The translations under genes and the position numbers were made by a program. Under the pieces are notes generated by a model, which saw only the letters and a list, made by a program, of their open reading frames with translations, had not been told where the DNA came from and did no database searches. A DNA stretch of 64,000 bases from contig CAWCYI010000006.1 of NCBI GenBank assembly GCA_963799845.1, positions 1,536,001-1,600,000 of the forward strand, in the 5' to 3' direction. Shown one piece after another: positions 1 to 10,343 of this stretch. The number at the start of each line of letters is the position of its first letter. Position 1 is the stretch's first letter. This DNA is from an uncultured Nitrososphaerota archaeon. Its GTDB lineage: Archaea > Thermoproteota > Nitrososphaeria > Nitrososphaerales > CADDZS01.

Positions 1-291
1 CTCCTTTTGCTGATCCCAGTCTTAACCGGACTGGCATTCACATTCCCGGTCTTTCTAGTTCCTCTAGTGGAATTCAAAGTTATCAGCGCGAAGCAGCTCT
101 CAAAGGCTAGAAAATGGGTCTACATAATTGTCGCGCTTGGTGTAAGCATCGCGAACCCCGATCCGACCGATATTTCGAGCCTGCCGATAATAATTCCAAT
201 TTTCGTCTTGTACGAGATTACGATACTGATAGCGAAGAGAGTCGAGAAAAATCGTCTAAAAACTTCGGCCGAGGCTACGGTACCAGCTTAA
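1..291 (+). CDS. tatC: Twin-arginine translocase TatC, C-terminal part (5' end outside window)
   Basis: Hydrophobic ORF with TatC C-terminal signatures: GLAFTFPV, 'LSKARKWVYII', 'NPDPTDISSL...LYEITI'. Confidence 0.85.
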   Translation, partial: LLLLIPVLTGLAFTFPVFLVPLVEFKVISAKQLSKARKWVYIIVALGVSIANPDPTDISSLPIIIPIFVLYEITILIAKRVEKNRLKTSAEATVPA

Positions 292-349
292 GATTTCAAG
301 CTTGGCTGTAGTCGCCCTAACTTTCCAGGCTAATTGAGGCAGCGGCAAC

Positions 350-1291
350 ATGCTGGATTCCCCTGAAATTTCTGTCGGAGTTGGAGGCTGGGCGTACTTT
401 CCGGTCAGGCAGAACAAACTTGCGCTGTGCTCCAAGATATTTGATTTCGTGGAGGTGAACTCGACTTTTTACAAACTGCCCGCCGTCAAATTAGCGCTAA
501 AGTGGCGAGCAACCGTGCCGGAAGAGTTCGAATTCAGCATGCGCGCTAACGGAAAGCTCACGCACGAGAACCACCTCGAACCTTCGGAAGAGAATTTTCG
601 GGAGTATGAGAAGAATATCGTGATATGCAGATCTCTGCAAGCTTTTGTTCTTCATTTTCAGTTCCCGCCATCCTTCGAGGTGAGTCGCCAGGTGGTAGAT
701 AAATGGAAAGACTTCTTTTCATCAGCGAAGAAGGAGCGGGGTCTAAGTATTGCGATAGAAGTCCGAAATCCGAGTACCGCAAGCGCGAATTACCTCCAAT
801 CATTCTTCAAGGACTACGATATTGTGACCACCTCTGACGCATCCAAGAACGAGGTTAGATCATCCAGCCGCTCTAAAATATTGTATTCGCGGGTTTTCGG
901 TCTCGGCGACCACACAAAATGGAGTTTTTCCACCAGCGAGTTAGAGGCGCTGAAGGAACGGGTAGAGAAAGTTTCTGCCACAAAGAGGTACATAACATTT
1001 CACAACATCACCATGTACGAAGACGGCGCGAGGCTGAAAAATTTGATCAGGGAGGGCGTCGACCTGGCTCCCGAAAGACCCTTTGGTCGTGATTCTCTCA
1101 AGCAGACGATCGTCTCCGCGAGAGTAACTTTTCCCATTTCGAAGGAGGAGTTACTTTCTGATCTTTCGTGGCGGGTAATCACGGCGGAGAATGGGCTCAG
1201 AATACGCGCCAATCAGGCCTTAGGACAAGTACCCGAAGGGTTCAAGTTCAACTCAATTGATGAGATTGTGAAGGCTTACCTGGGTCCTTGA
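350..1291 (+). CDS. DUF72 (YecE-like TIM barrel) protein with C-terminal helical extension
   Basis: VGVGGWAY, FDFVEVNSTFY, QFPPSF and AIEVR motifs typical of DUF72. Confidence 0.85.
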   Translation: MLDSPEISVGVGGWAYFPVRQNKLALCSKIFDFVEVNSTFYKLPAVKLALKWRATVPEEFEFSMRANGKLTHENHLEPSEENFREYEKNIVICRSLQAFVLHFQFPPSFEVSRQVVDKWKDFFSSAKKERGLSIAIEVRNPSTASANYLQSFFKDYDIVTTSDASKNEVRSSSRSKILYSRVFGLGDHTKWSFSTSELEALKERVEKVSATKRYITFHNITMYEDGARLKNLIREGVDLAPERPFGRDSLKQTIVSARVTFPISKEELLSDLSWRVITAENGLRIRANQALGQVPEGFKFNSIDEIVKAYLGP

Positions 1292-1524
1292 TCTGGAAAT
1301 ATTGTTATCATCCAGCATAACCTTTTCTGAAAGGAGTTCTAGCGCTGAACCATCTCCTTCTATTATTAGGAATCAGGAGGTAACGGTTTTTTCTATGATT
1401 CCATCCGTCTAGAATGAGTTGATCCTGACCTTCGAGTTTTGATATCTCTATGACCGACTGGAATCGTTTACTTTATCGCTGTCCTAATATAGCTCGATCA
1501 ATACCGCAACATGTTGATGATTAA

Positions 1525-1980
1525 TTGGGCAAACGCATTGCGCACTTTGAAATCCCAGTAACTGACCTAGAGAGGATGAGCAAGTTCTACGGCGACCTGT
1601 TCGGATGGAAGTTCAATAGGGATGCCATGCCTGGCATGGACTATTGGATGATCGAAACAACGGGTTCGGGTGTAAATGATCTTGGAGGCGGGATGTATCG
1701 AAAGCAGGGAGTCCCTGCTGAGATGCCGAGATTTTACATCAATGTCGACGACATTGACCAACACACCGAGATGTTCAGGCAAGCCGGAGGAACGGTGCTA
1801 GTCGAAAAGATGGAGGTTCCCGGTTTCGGTTGGAGCGTACTGGGTACTGATCCTGAAGGAAATGTCTTGGGTCTGTTCCAGCCGACGCGACCGCCGCCCG
1901 CTCCGAGAAAAGCGAGCACTCCCAAGAGAGCAAGCAAAGCGAAAAAGTCTTCGAAATCAGCGAAGAAGCGAAAGAAGTAA
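1525..1980 (+). CDS. VOC/glyoxalase family protein with Lys-rich tail
   Basis: IAHFEIPVTD..FYGDLFGW, YINVDDID, DPEGNVLGL. Confidence 0.9.
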   Translation: MGKRIAHFEIPVTDLERMSKFYGDLFGWKFNRDAMPGMDYWMIETTGSGVNDLGGGMYRKQGVPAEMPRFYINVDDIDQHTEMFRQAGGTVLVEKMEVPGFGWSVLGTDPEGNVLGLFQPTRPPPAPRKASTPKRASKAKKSSKSAKKRKK

Positions 1981-2020
1981 GCTGTTGCAGCTTACTTTCC
2001 TTTTTTACGGACGGGTAAAC

Positions 2021-2260
2021 TCACATCGAGTTGTTCATTAATTCCTGAACTTTCTCGACCCGGATCGATACAAAAACTAGGACGTATGTGAAAACTATCG
2101 AAGTGATCAGCCCGATGATGTTCAATTCGTGGTTTGGAGGATCGGAACATCGGCAGAGACTGATAATCGGACAACTGCATGGAGTAGAAGTAGAACCGAA
2201 AAGCGCGATAGCCGTGCCAAGGATTATCAGTGGTAGGGGCCACAACTTTCTTAATCGCAA
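2021..2260 (-). CDS. Small two-TM membrane protein with Cys-rich loop
   Basis: Two hydrophobic stretches flanking PCSCP...CRC. Confidence 0.5.
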   Translation of the reverse strand: MRLRKLWPLPLIILGTAIALFGSTSTPCSCPIISLCRCSDPPNHELNIIGLITSIVFTYVLVFVSIRVEKVQELMNNSM

Positions 2261-2977
2261 ATCATAATTCGGCCATTTACTCGTTACTCAACGTGTTTGC
2301 TTTAGTTCTAGTCATTAGAACAGGGATCTTCAGAGAAAAAAGTGTACACACGCCGAATGAGATTCTGACCAATTCAAATGAAATAAACTAGTACAGCGTA
2401 TCCAGCTGATTTTTGAGCGCGGTTTGAGTCGGTCATTATGAAGGAAAGTAACCAATTCGACAATTGCAGAAGGAGCGCTCTCGGCAATCTTTGATGGTTA
2501 TATATCCGCAATGGAAGGGTGCGTAGAATCAGGCCAATGCCAAACATCAGAGAAAGAATCCAGAGAGTGCGAATTCGACAAAAAAGAATTCGTAAAGTCT
2601 ACAATGGTTTTGATCCCGAATTTTACGGCTTTTAGCAAATCCAGAGATTTCATTCAGGGATGGTGAAGCCAGCTCGCCTCTCTTAGGAAGTTTGGCATCC
2701 ATTTGATTTTAGATCGCAATAGCCTTCCTTTCTAGCTGTGTTTCCGACAATCTAGCTCTGAAGCTGATTTCCGCTCTTGACCCGAAATGTACTGCGGAAA
2801 TCTTGCCGCGCAAGACCATCCGGAGAAAGAGACCTGTCAAAACACGGTTATTTGCATCGTATACATATCAATGTTCTACATGAGAGATCCATTCGATCGA
2901 CAAATCGATACGAATAAAGGGAGTGAATTACAATTGCTTTCGAGACTCAATCTAGTTTCAATGGTGTCACAGCAACT

Positions 2978-3436
2978 TTGTCCAATGAACGCGACGCCGG
3001 CGCGGAGAAAAAAACAATCGCGGAGTCCCAGCTGAAGGGGAATACCCTTCGCACCTACATTTACGTGGTCACCCACAAAAAGAGCGGCGTCCGGGAAGTT
3101 CAAAGAGAACTCCATCTCTCCAGCTCCTCTCTCGCTCAGTACCACCTGAGCAAGCTCGTTGATCTCGGTCTCCTGACCGAGAACGGGGGAGAATACTTTG
3201 TGGCTGACCAGATCAAGGTTGATGTCCTCAAGGACTTTTTGAAATTCGGGACGCTGATTGTCCCGAGATTCATATTCTACGCAGTTTTCTTTACGATTAT
3301 CTCAGGTTTTTTCGGGGTTATAGTGCTTCAGCGTTCCTTCAGCGAGCTTGACATCTTCTTCGTGCTGATGTTGATACTTGCGAGCGTCTTGTTCTGGTAT
3401 GAGGCGCTGAGAGCGTGGATTCGAGGGCCTGTTTGA
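2978..3436 (+). CDS. Winged-HTH regulator with C-terminal transmembrane helices
   Basis: 'GVREVQRELHLSSSSLAQYHLSKLVDLGL' HTH followed by two TM segments. Confidence 0.8.
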   Translation: MSNERDAGAEKKTIAESQLKGNTLRTYIYVVTHKKSGVREVQRELHLSSSSLAQYHLSKLVDLGLLTENGGEYFVADQIKVDVLKDFLKFGTLIVPRFIFYAVFFTIISGFFGVIVLQRSFSELDIFFVLMLILASVLFWYEALRAWIRGPV

Positions 3437-3492
3437 TCGCTTGAGAAATCAGATATAGATCGCTACCTACTATTCACTATCATATTCGGCTA

Positions 3493-4188
3493 ATGTCAAA
3501 GAAACGGAAACTAGCCATAACATTAGTAACGATCCTCATCCTTGGTGTCTTCCTTTTCTTAATCTTCCCCCCATGTTTCTCTGGCAAACAATCTTCTGAG
3601 CCGATCATCCTCTACTACGACTACGAAAATCTGCCATTTTCTCCCTCGCAATTCCCGCAGATCGTGAACGTGACTCTGCAACACCACTTCAACACCCTGA
3701 TGCTGCTCGTTTACGTTGACCACAAACCAATTTTCAATTCCTCGACCATCCAGTACTTTCTTTCATACTCGTATTCGAGAAACCTAACTTTCGTACCGAG
3801 CTACTATATCGAATCTCTCAGCGATAATATCAATGTCTCAGGTCTCCGCTGGATAAACCTGGACATGGAGCGAATCTCTCCGGACCTCCAACGCTTTTTC
3901 TATGCACGTACTTTAGCGCAAGGGGTCGGAAAAATTTCCGTAACATCTCCCTACGGACAACCTGCCGAGTTTAGCCCTTCGATTAACATAGCAGAGACGT
4001 ACGCCGGGTCTCCCTGGTTTTGGTTGTTGCAGCTAACCTATCTCCATTACAATCATATCTGCTCGGTCGGCATTTGGCTACTGCACAGTCAACAGGAATA
4101 TGATTCCGAAAAGGGATACTGCTTGAAGTATTCAGACGGCGTGATGGTCTTCGATTACTACAATCTAATCAAATCCGGTTTTGACTAG
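3493..4188 (+). CDS. Membrane-anchored hypothetical protein
   Basis: N-terminal basic + hydrophobic anchor; 231-aa ORF. Confidence 0.6.
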   Translation: MSKKRKLAITLVTILILGVFLFLIFPPCFSGKQSSEPIILYYDYENLPFSPSQFPQIVNVTLQHHFNTLMLLVYVDHKPIFNSSTIQYFLSYSYSRNLTFVPSYYIESLSDNINVSGLRWINLDMERISPDLQRFFYARTLAQGVGKISVTSPYGQPAEFSPSINIAETYAGSPWFWLLQLTYLHYNHICSVGIWLLHSQQEYDSEKGYCLKYSDGVMVFDYYNLIKSGFD

Positions 4189-5635
4189 ACCTCCGCGCCC
4201 AAGGCAAAACCATCTAATACGGGCCGGAGAGGTCGTGTTAGATCGACGCCGGTTTTCACACTTGTCCGACCCCGCAGCGACCGCCCCTCCAAAGATATCA
4301 GATAGGACTGTCGGGTCATCGCCCGCTTCCGAAAAGGGTGCGAAGAGCAGTAAGAAGCCCAGCTGGTTTTACAGCGCTCTGCCGTTCAACGTGGCATCGG
4401 GGCCACTGAGCACATTCATACAGCTGGCTCTGCTTCATTACTACGGCCTATCGACCGGTACCGTCTACATAGGCTTGATCGTGACGCTTTACAACGGCGT
4501 TACGATTCCGGCCGCGATGCTATGGGGATTTGCAACCGACAGGTTTCACCGGAGGAAGCCGATCATCGCCATTAGCTTCGTCATAGTCGCAATCGACCTA
4601 GCTGCTCTATTGTTCACAAAATCCGTAATTGGCGTTGGACTGCTTTACAGCCTGTTCGGTCTCTTTGCGACTGCCTCGGCAACCCCCTACAACCTGCTCA
4701 TCATGGAGACGCAGCCGAAGCACAGTTGGGCCGCGGCATTTGCAAAATTCTCGATGATCGGAACGTTGGGTAACGTTTTCGGACTGTTTCTCAGCCTGGT
4801 GTGGGTGGCGTTCTTGCCGTTCGAGTTGCTTGTGATCCCGCTATCAGCGCTTTGTCTTGTTTCAGCAGCACTGGCGGTCTGGCTGATCGACGAGCCCAGC
4901 TTTGTTTTCGAGCGACAGATGATAGTCATGCAAAAGCCCAGCTTTTCTCACAGGTTGCAAGCGGTTCCGATGATGTTTCTGCACGTTCCCAGACCGCATG
5001 ATTTCAAAGGAGTTTTCAACGGGCTTCGCCACGAGTTGACCAGTCAGGTCCCGGTACTCTATCTTTCAATCGTTTTTTTCAATGTCGCGGGCGGCATCTT
5101 CAACACTTCACTGATTCCGTCGATGTCCCGGAACGACCTGAGCCAGAGTGATATCTACTTGGTCTATCTGGTGGCGATGGTGATCCAGGTGATAGCGTTC
5201 CGTTACGCGGCCCCCTACATCGCAAGGCGGACTCTAGTCAAGACCGCGGTGGGAGGACTCGTAATCAGATCCATTTGCTACGCATCGATGGGAGTTTCCG
5301 TTTATCTGGTATCGGGGATCTGGTACATTGTCCCGTCGATCATATTCTACCCGATTGCGGCGGGGATAGCATACGCGATCTACTATACTTCATCGAGTAC
5401 GATGGTGTTCAACTCCCTCGGCTCCAGGAGCCACGGATCTTCGCTGGGTGTCTACAGCGCTCTTGTCGGGATCGCATCTATGGCCGGGTCGCTGATCTCC
5501 GGTTTTACTTCTGTCTATCTGGGCTACTATGTTACTTTCGTACTCGCGGCCTTTTTCCTCGTGTCAGCAGCCGCGCTGACTGCCAGCCTCTCAAGATTCG
5601 AGCAGAGCACGAAAATTGCACGGGCCAGCGCTTAG
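4181..5635 (+). CDS. MFS transporter (true start may be downstream)
   Basis: About 12 TM segments; 'WGFATDRFHRRKP' motif A-like loop. Confidence 0.9.
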   Translation: MTRPPRPRQNHLIRAGEVVLDRRRFSHLSDPAATAPPKISDRTVGSSPASEKGAKSSKKPSWFYSALPFNVASGPLSTFIQLALLHYYGLSTGTVYIGLIVTLYNGVTIPAAMLWGFATDRFHRRKPIIAISFVIVAIDLAALLFTKSVIGVGLLYSLFGLFATASATPYNLLIMETQPKHSWAAAFAKFSMIGTLGNVFGLFLSLVWVAFLPFELLVIPLSALCLVSAALAVWLIDEPSFVFERQMIVMQKPSFSHRLQAVPMMFLHVPRPHDFKGVFNGLRHELTSQVPVLYLSIVFFNVAGGIFNTSLIPSMSRNDLSQSDIYLVYLVAMVIQVIAFRYAAPYIARRTLVKTAVGGLVIRSICYASMGVSVYLVSGIWYIVPSIIFYPIAAGIAYAIYYTSSSTMVFNSLGSRSHGSSLGVYSALVGIASMAGSLISGFTSVYLGYYVTFVLAAFFLVSAAALTASLSRFEQSTKIARASA

Positions 5636-5752
5636 GCGATCTTATTTCCGGAGATGCAATCCAAAAACTGCCCATCTTTCTATAGGCCAACCCCATCAAC
5701 TTTAATTCATGCGCCGCAATACCATTGAGGCACGCAAAGAGAACTATCAAAA

Positions 5753-6280
5753 ATGTCTCTAATAGGCCAACTCCCGCTTGCCGCCGTCGAGCTATCATGC
5801 AAGGATATCGATGGTAGCAAGCGCTTCTACAAAGATATTGTCGGGTTAAAACCGATTGAAGAAGAGTATGGCGGTTCTGGAAGACATAAAGAAGAATCTC
5901 CGAAGAATGTTCATTTTGATCTGGGAAACATCAGGCTCACCCTTTCGCAGATGGCGGTGTCGAAAGTGGGAGACGGCGGTAAGAGCACGGCGCCCGTTTC
6001 TAGCAGACATTTTGTGTTTGTTGTGGAGAACGCGATCGACGCGGTATATGCCGACCTGACAAAACGCGGCGTCAAATTCAAGTCGAGAAAGATCTACGAG
6101 GACTCTTCCGGGAAGGCCATCTGGTTTTCCGATCCCGACGGAAACCTGATTTACGTCTGGCAGCCTCCGCACAGAGAGTCCAAGAATTTCAAAGACGTCG
6201 AGGCCATCGTCAAGCACTACGAACTTGTTTCTAGGGCGCTTGCAGATCTTCGAGAGTCTGAAGAAGTTCAGGGAGAATAG
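5753..6280 (+). CDS. VOC/glyoxalase family protein
   Basis: 'KRFYKDIVGL', 'HFVFVV', 'FSDPDGNLI'. Confidence 0.85.
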   Translation: MSLIGQLPLAAVELSCKDIDGSKRFYKDIVGLKPIEEEYGGSGRHKEESPKNVHFDLGNIRLTLSQMAVSKVGDGGKSTAPVSSRHFVFVVENAIDAVYADLTKRGVKFKSRKIYEDSSGKAIWFSDPDGNLIYVWQPPHRESKNFKDVEAIVKHYELVSRALADLRESEEVQGE

Positions 6281-6283
6281 TCC

Positions 6284-7378
6284 CTAGTCTTCTCGCCATT
6301 TGAAGAACCTGACCGCCAGAGCGAAAACGATCGCCGATAAAACGACCAGCACTGCGATATCGATCAATGCCCGCGAGTAGTTGTTGTACACCATTACGTT
6401 GTTCAGTCCTTCAATCAGGTAAAATAGCGGCAGGATGTGGGCAATCTCCTGAAGGTAAGTCGGCATCAGGCTGATCGGGAAAAATGTTCCCGACAGGAAC
6501 ATCATTGGAAAAGTTACAATATTCCCGACCACTCCCGCAGATTCGACACTTTTCGTCACTGATCCAACAAGCATTCCCAACGAAACAAAGAATAACGGTC
6601 CAACTAAGAGAAATGGAATCACCGCAGCATTGATTGAAATTTGCGCATTGAATAACAATCTCCCAAATGTGGTCATCAGGAAGAATGAGATGATCGATAG
6701 GATTGTATACCATATGACCTTTGAGGTTAGCCACTCGCCCTTTGTCAGAGGAGTGAGCGAGAGTTGCTTGAAAAACTTGGACTTTTTGTACTCAGAGGAA
6801 ATGTTGACCATCGAAAACATGGGGCTTGTAAGAATGGAAAAACCGATCAGACCTGGAATCAAGAAATCGATATAGGTGTACGACTTTGAGACGACGTTCT
6901 GCGTCTGAAGGCTGATTACTGAGCTTCCATTGACTCTTTTCAGATTGAACGCGTTAACAACTCCGTTCGCGACTCCCAGGACTATCTGCCCCGAAGTATC
7001 GGAGGGATTGCTGTAGACAGTGACGTTCACCGGGGTACCTAAAATGAAGTCGGAAGTGAAATTCGCGGGTATGTAAAGACCTATGTCGCCGGAGTTGGAT
7101 TGGAGGTACTGGGTCAGGCTCTCGTTGTTTGGCAGGATCGTTATTTGAGTCACGTTGGTAGAATTCATGACGCGCATGAACTGCGCTCCAACCGGACCGG
7201 TGTCGTGATTTTGGGCAACGACGGATATAGGCCCGCTGCTGCCGCCCGAAAATATTGCACCGAAAATCAAAATCAGGATAACCGGAAACACAAGTGCAAA
7301 GAAGAAACCCGTCCTGTTTCGCAGGTACTCCCGACGGTATATCGAGAGATCAGAAAAAATTCTCTTAAAGCTGACCAA
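6284..7378 (-). CDS. ABC-2 type transporter permease
   Basis: 'FFALVFPVILILIFG', 'YIDFLIPGL', 'MFLSGTFFP'. Confidence 0.9.
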   Translation of the reverse strand: MVSFKRIFSDLSIYRREYLRNRTGFFFALVFPVILILIFGAIFSGGSSGPISVVAQNHDTGPVGAQFMRVMNSTNVTQITILPNNESLTQYLQSNSGDIGLYIPANFTSDFILGTPVNVTVYSNPSDTSGQIVLGVANGVVNAFNLKRVNGSSVISLQTQNVVSKSYTYIDFLIPGLIGFSILTSPMFSMVNISSEYKKSKFFKQLSLTPLTKGEWLTSKVIWYTILSIISFFLMTTFGRLLFNAQISINAAVIPFLLVGPLFFVSLGMLVGSVTKSVESAGVVGNIVTFPMMFLSGTFFPISLMPTYLQEIAHILPLFYLIEGLNNVMVYNNYSRALIDIAVLVVLSAIVFALAVRFFKWRED

Positions 7379-7389
7379 ATATCTTCGAC

Positions 7390-8160
7390 CTACGAACTTG
7401 TCTTAACCACGTTTCCTTCTTCCTCGATCGGAGCTCCAACAAGCTTCACGAACACATCTTCGAGGGTGTCGCTGACCATGACCTGCCTCTTACCCGAACC
7501 GTACCTGTTGATCAGTTCTTCTGGACTCCCCATGGCAATAATCTTTCCCTTGTTCATAATGGCGACTTTGTCCGCGAGCAGCTGAGCTTCCTCGAGATAG
7601 TGGGTGGTCAAAAGAATCGTTCTGCCCTGCCGCTTCAAAGATCTCATCACGTCCCACATCGTTCTCCTCGCCTGAGGATCCAGTCCAGTAGTGGGTTCGT
7701 CCAAGAAAAGTAGTTCCGGGTTGTTAACCAGCGCCAGCGCTAGGCCGACTTTTTGCTTCTGACCTCCAGACAGGCTCTCAAAAATAACGTTCTTCGCGTC
7801 ATCCAAGACTACCTCCTTTACGATCTGATCGGGGTCAACCTTGACGTCGAACAGGTCAGCGTAGTACTTTACGGCTTCCATTGGCGTGGACTTGTCGAAG
7901 AATCGAAAGCCCTGTGGAATAACCCCGATTTTTCTATGCAGGGCATAGCCATCCTTCCAGGGATCAAATTCCAGCACTTTGACATCTCCTGAATTACGCT
8001 CCCTCAAGCCCTCTAGTATCTCGACCGTAGTCGTCTTTCCTGCTCCGTTCGGGCCCAGAAGGGAAAAAATTTCGCCCTGATCGACGGTAAACGAAATATC
8101 GTCCACTGCTTTCAGCTGACCGTAATATTTCTTGAGCGAAGTGACTTCGATTGCAGGCAT
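7390..8160 (-). CDS. ABC transporter ATP-binding protein
   Basis: Walker A GPNGAGKT, LSGGQ, LLFLDEPTTGLD. Confidence 0.95.
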   Translation of the reverse strand: MPAIEVTSLKKYYGQLKAVDDISFTVDQGEIFSLLGPNGAGKTTTVEILEGLRERNSGDVKVLEFDPWKDGYALHRKIGVIPQGFRFFDKSTPMEAVKYYADLFDVKVDPDQIVKEVVLDDAKNVIFESLSGGQKQKVGLALALVNNPELLFLDEPTTGLDPQARRTMWDVMRSLKRQGRTILLTTHYLEEAQLLADKVAIMNKGKIIAMGSPEELINRYGSGKRQVMVSDTLEDVFVKLVGAPIEEEGNVVKTSS

Positions 8161-8350
8161 GCGTGCTCGCGTCTGTTATTTGGCTGGAATTCTGCCTTGA
8201 TTGCGCACGGTTATTCAAGGTTTCGTGCCTGAAAGAAATAGGTTGATACCTCTTCTATCAGATGGCGCGCGAAAAATTCGAGTAGATTCGTCCGTGAATG
8301 AACCCCAGCCTAATTCATAAAAGAAACGACCTTTTGATTTTTCAAATCAT

Positions 8351-8920
8351 ATGTCTGGACAAGAACCTCCGAAGGCAAAGAAGAAGACGTCTTCCTCGAA
8401 GAAATCTAAAGCTGTAGATCCGATTCCGAAGGGCTTTCACATGGTCACCCCTTACCTTGTGGTGAACAATGGGTCGTCGGCGATCGAGTTTTACAAAAAT
8501 GCATTTGGGGCTAAAGAGATGCTCAGGCACGAGACCCCGGATGGAAAGATTTTGAACGCTCAATTGAAAATTGGTGATTCGATGGTTTTGCTATCGGACG
8601 AATTCCCGGGTGCGGACACAAAGTCTCCAATATCTCTGGGTACATCGACAGTGACTCTGCATGTATACACAAAGGATGTCAACAAACTTTGGGAACAGGC
8701 GGTATCTGCGGGCGCGCGGATCGTCATGCCACTGAACAATCAGTTTTGGGGCGAACGATACGGACAGCTTGTGGATCCGTTTGGTCACCGCTGGTCGCTG
8801 TCCCAGCAAGTGAAGATGAGCGAGGAGGAGATGGAAGCACTTGAGAAAGCTTCCATGGAAATGATGGCCCAGGGGCAACATCCGGGAAAATCGGAAGAGC
8901 CGCCGATCGGCGTGGGCTGA
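8351..8920 (+). CDS. VOC family (PhnB-like) protein
   Basis: 'VTPYLVV...AIEFYKNAFGA', 'FWGERYGQLVDPFGHRW'. Confidence 0.9.
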   Translation: MSGQEPPKAKKKTSSSKKSKAVDPIPKGFHMVTPYLVVNNGSSAIEFYKNAFGAKEMLRHETPDGKILNAQLKIGDSMVLLSDEFPGADTKSPISLGTSTVTLHVYTKDVNKLWEQAVSAGARIVMPLNNQFWGERYGQLVDPFGHRWSLSQQVKMSEEEMEALEKASMEMMAQGQHPGKSEEPPIGVG

Positions 8921-8939
8921 GGTGCTAACTAGGTCTCTT

Positions 8940-9314
8940 TCAGCAGGGGCCTGATTTTTTCACGATCTGATCGATATCAGTCGTTTTCTTAGTGAGCAAC
9001 GTAGCCATAAATTTTCTCGACGGAAATGGAATGAGTATTAGTTTCACATCGGCATAAATGCGTACGACCGCCTTGGTTTCTCCGAATATCTTTTCAGGCT
9101 CGGTGGCGATGCCGAAAATTAGGGCCGAGAAAAGTCCAGCTCTGTTTCGGATTTCTTTTGCAAGCTCCAGGTATTTCTTTTCGTATGCCGGACCGTAAGC
9201 CCTGCCCACGACCTCACCCCTGTCGTCATTTATCGTGAGGGAAAGTATTGATTTTTCTGACTTTAGTATTTTCATGCCCAGAGTGTCAAACCGGTTTGCA
9301 GAATCTTTCATCAA
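8940..9314 (-). CDS. Roadblock/profilin-like small protein
   Basis: Pattern 'ILSLTINDDRGEVV...FGETKAVVRIYADVKLILIP' resembles thaumarchaeal roadblock-type proteins. Confidence 0.55.
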   Translation of the reverse strand: MMKDSANRFDTLGMKILKSEKSILSLTINDDRGEVVGRAYGPAYEKKYLELAKEIRNRAGLFSALIFGIATEPEKIFGETKAVVRIYADVKLILIPFPSRKFMATLLTKKTTDIDQIVKKSGPC

Positions 9315-9436
9315 TTCTTTCTATCGAGAAACTCCCTTTGTTGCGCGGCCAAACCCAATAATCGCCGCATATTAAGAGTTTAACCTTAATACCGATCGGT
9401 CAGGTAATTGGTACAGAGGTCGTGCCGGAAGGATAA

Positions 9437-10285
9437 ATGTCCGAGGCAGACAAATTCCGTGTCGGGACAAGCGGTTGGTCCTACGAGGACTGGGTTGGTC
9501 CCTTCTATCCAAAGCAGGCAAAACCGAAGGACTTCCTGCGGATCTACTCTTCAGTTTTCGACGCCGTTGAGATTGATTCCTCTTTTTACCGCATTCCGAA
9601 TCAATCCATGATCTCGCAGTGGGACAAGAACACCCCATCGAATTTTGTTTTTTGCCCGAAATTCCCAAAGAAGATAACTCACGATTTCAAGCTGGAGAAT
9701 GTCGAAACGACACTCAACTTCTTTTACAAGACCGTTGCGGGCCTGGGGGACAAGCTGGGTCCGCTGGTAGTTCAGCTCCCGCCTTCGTTCAAGTATGAAA
9801 AGGGGTTTCCGGTCCTTGAGAATTTCATTGCGACAGAAATGAAGACTTCCGCCTTCAGACACGCGATAGAATTTAGGCATAAGTCCTGGTTTAGGGATGA
9901 TGTTTACAAACTTCTCGAGAGCAATAACGTCTCTTTTTGCTGGTCGATTACCCAGTATGTCACGACGCCCACGAAACTCACTTCGGACTTTATCTACACC
10001 CGGATGGTCGGAGAAAGGGACATTACAAAATTCAATGAGACGCAGAAAGATCGAAGCAAGCTCATGGGTGAGATGTCGCAGGCCGTCAAGAGCTCCATCG
10101 GATCGGTCGACGATGCGTTCATCTTTTTCAACAATCACTTCGCGGGGTTTGGACCGGAGTCTGTAAACGAATTCAGGAGACTGCTTGGTCTAATGGAAAT
10201 GGATCTGGGCAAGACCCAGTTGCCCAGCGAGAATTTGCCACCGGATACATCCTCGGCACAACAGAAAAGTCTCATGGACTTTTGA
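9437..10285 (+). CDS. DUF72 family protein
   Basis: VGTSGWSYEDWVGPFYP, AVEIDSSFY, QLPPSF, FFNNHFAG. Confidence 0.92.
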   Translation: MSEADKFRVGTSGWSYEDWVGPFYPKQAKPKDFLRIYSSVFDAVEIDSSFYRIPNQSMISQWDKNTPSNFVFCPKFPKKITHDFKLENVETTLNFFYKTVAGLGDKLGPLVVQLPPSFKYEKGFPVLENFIATEMKTSAFRHAIEFRHKSWFRDDVYKLLESNNVSFCWSITQYVTTPTKLTSDFIYTRMVGERDITKFNETQKDRSKLMGEMSQAVKSSIGSVDDAFIFFNNHFAGFGPESVNEFRRLLGLMEMDLGKTQLPSENLPPDTSSAQQKSLMDF

Positions 10286-10343
10286 TCATGGTCCATTTGA
10301 GAGATAAGCGGCGGAATCTCTTACGCAAAACAAGAACGATTCA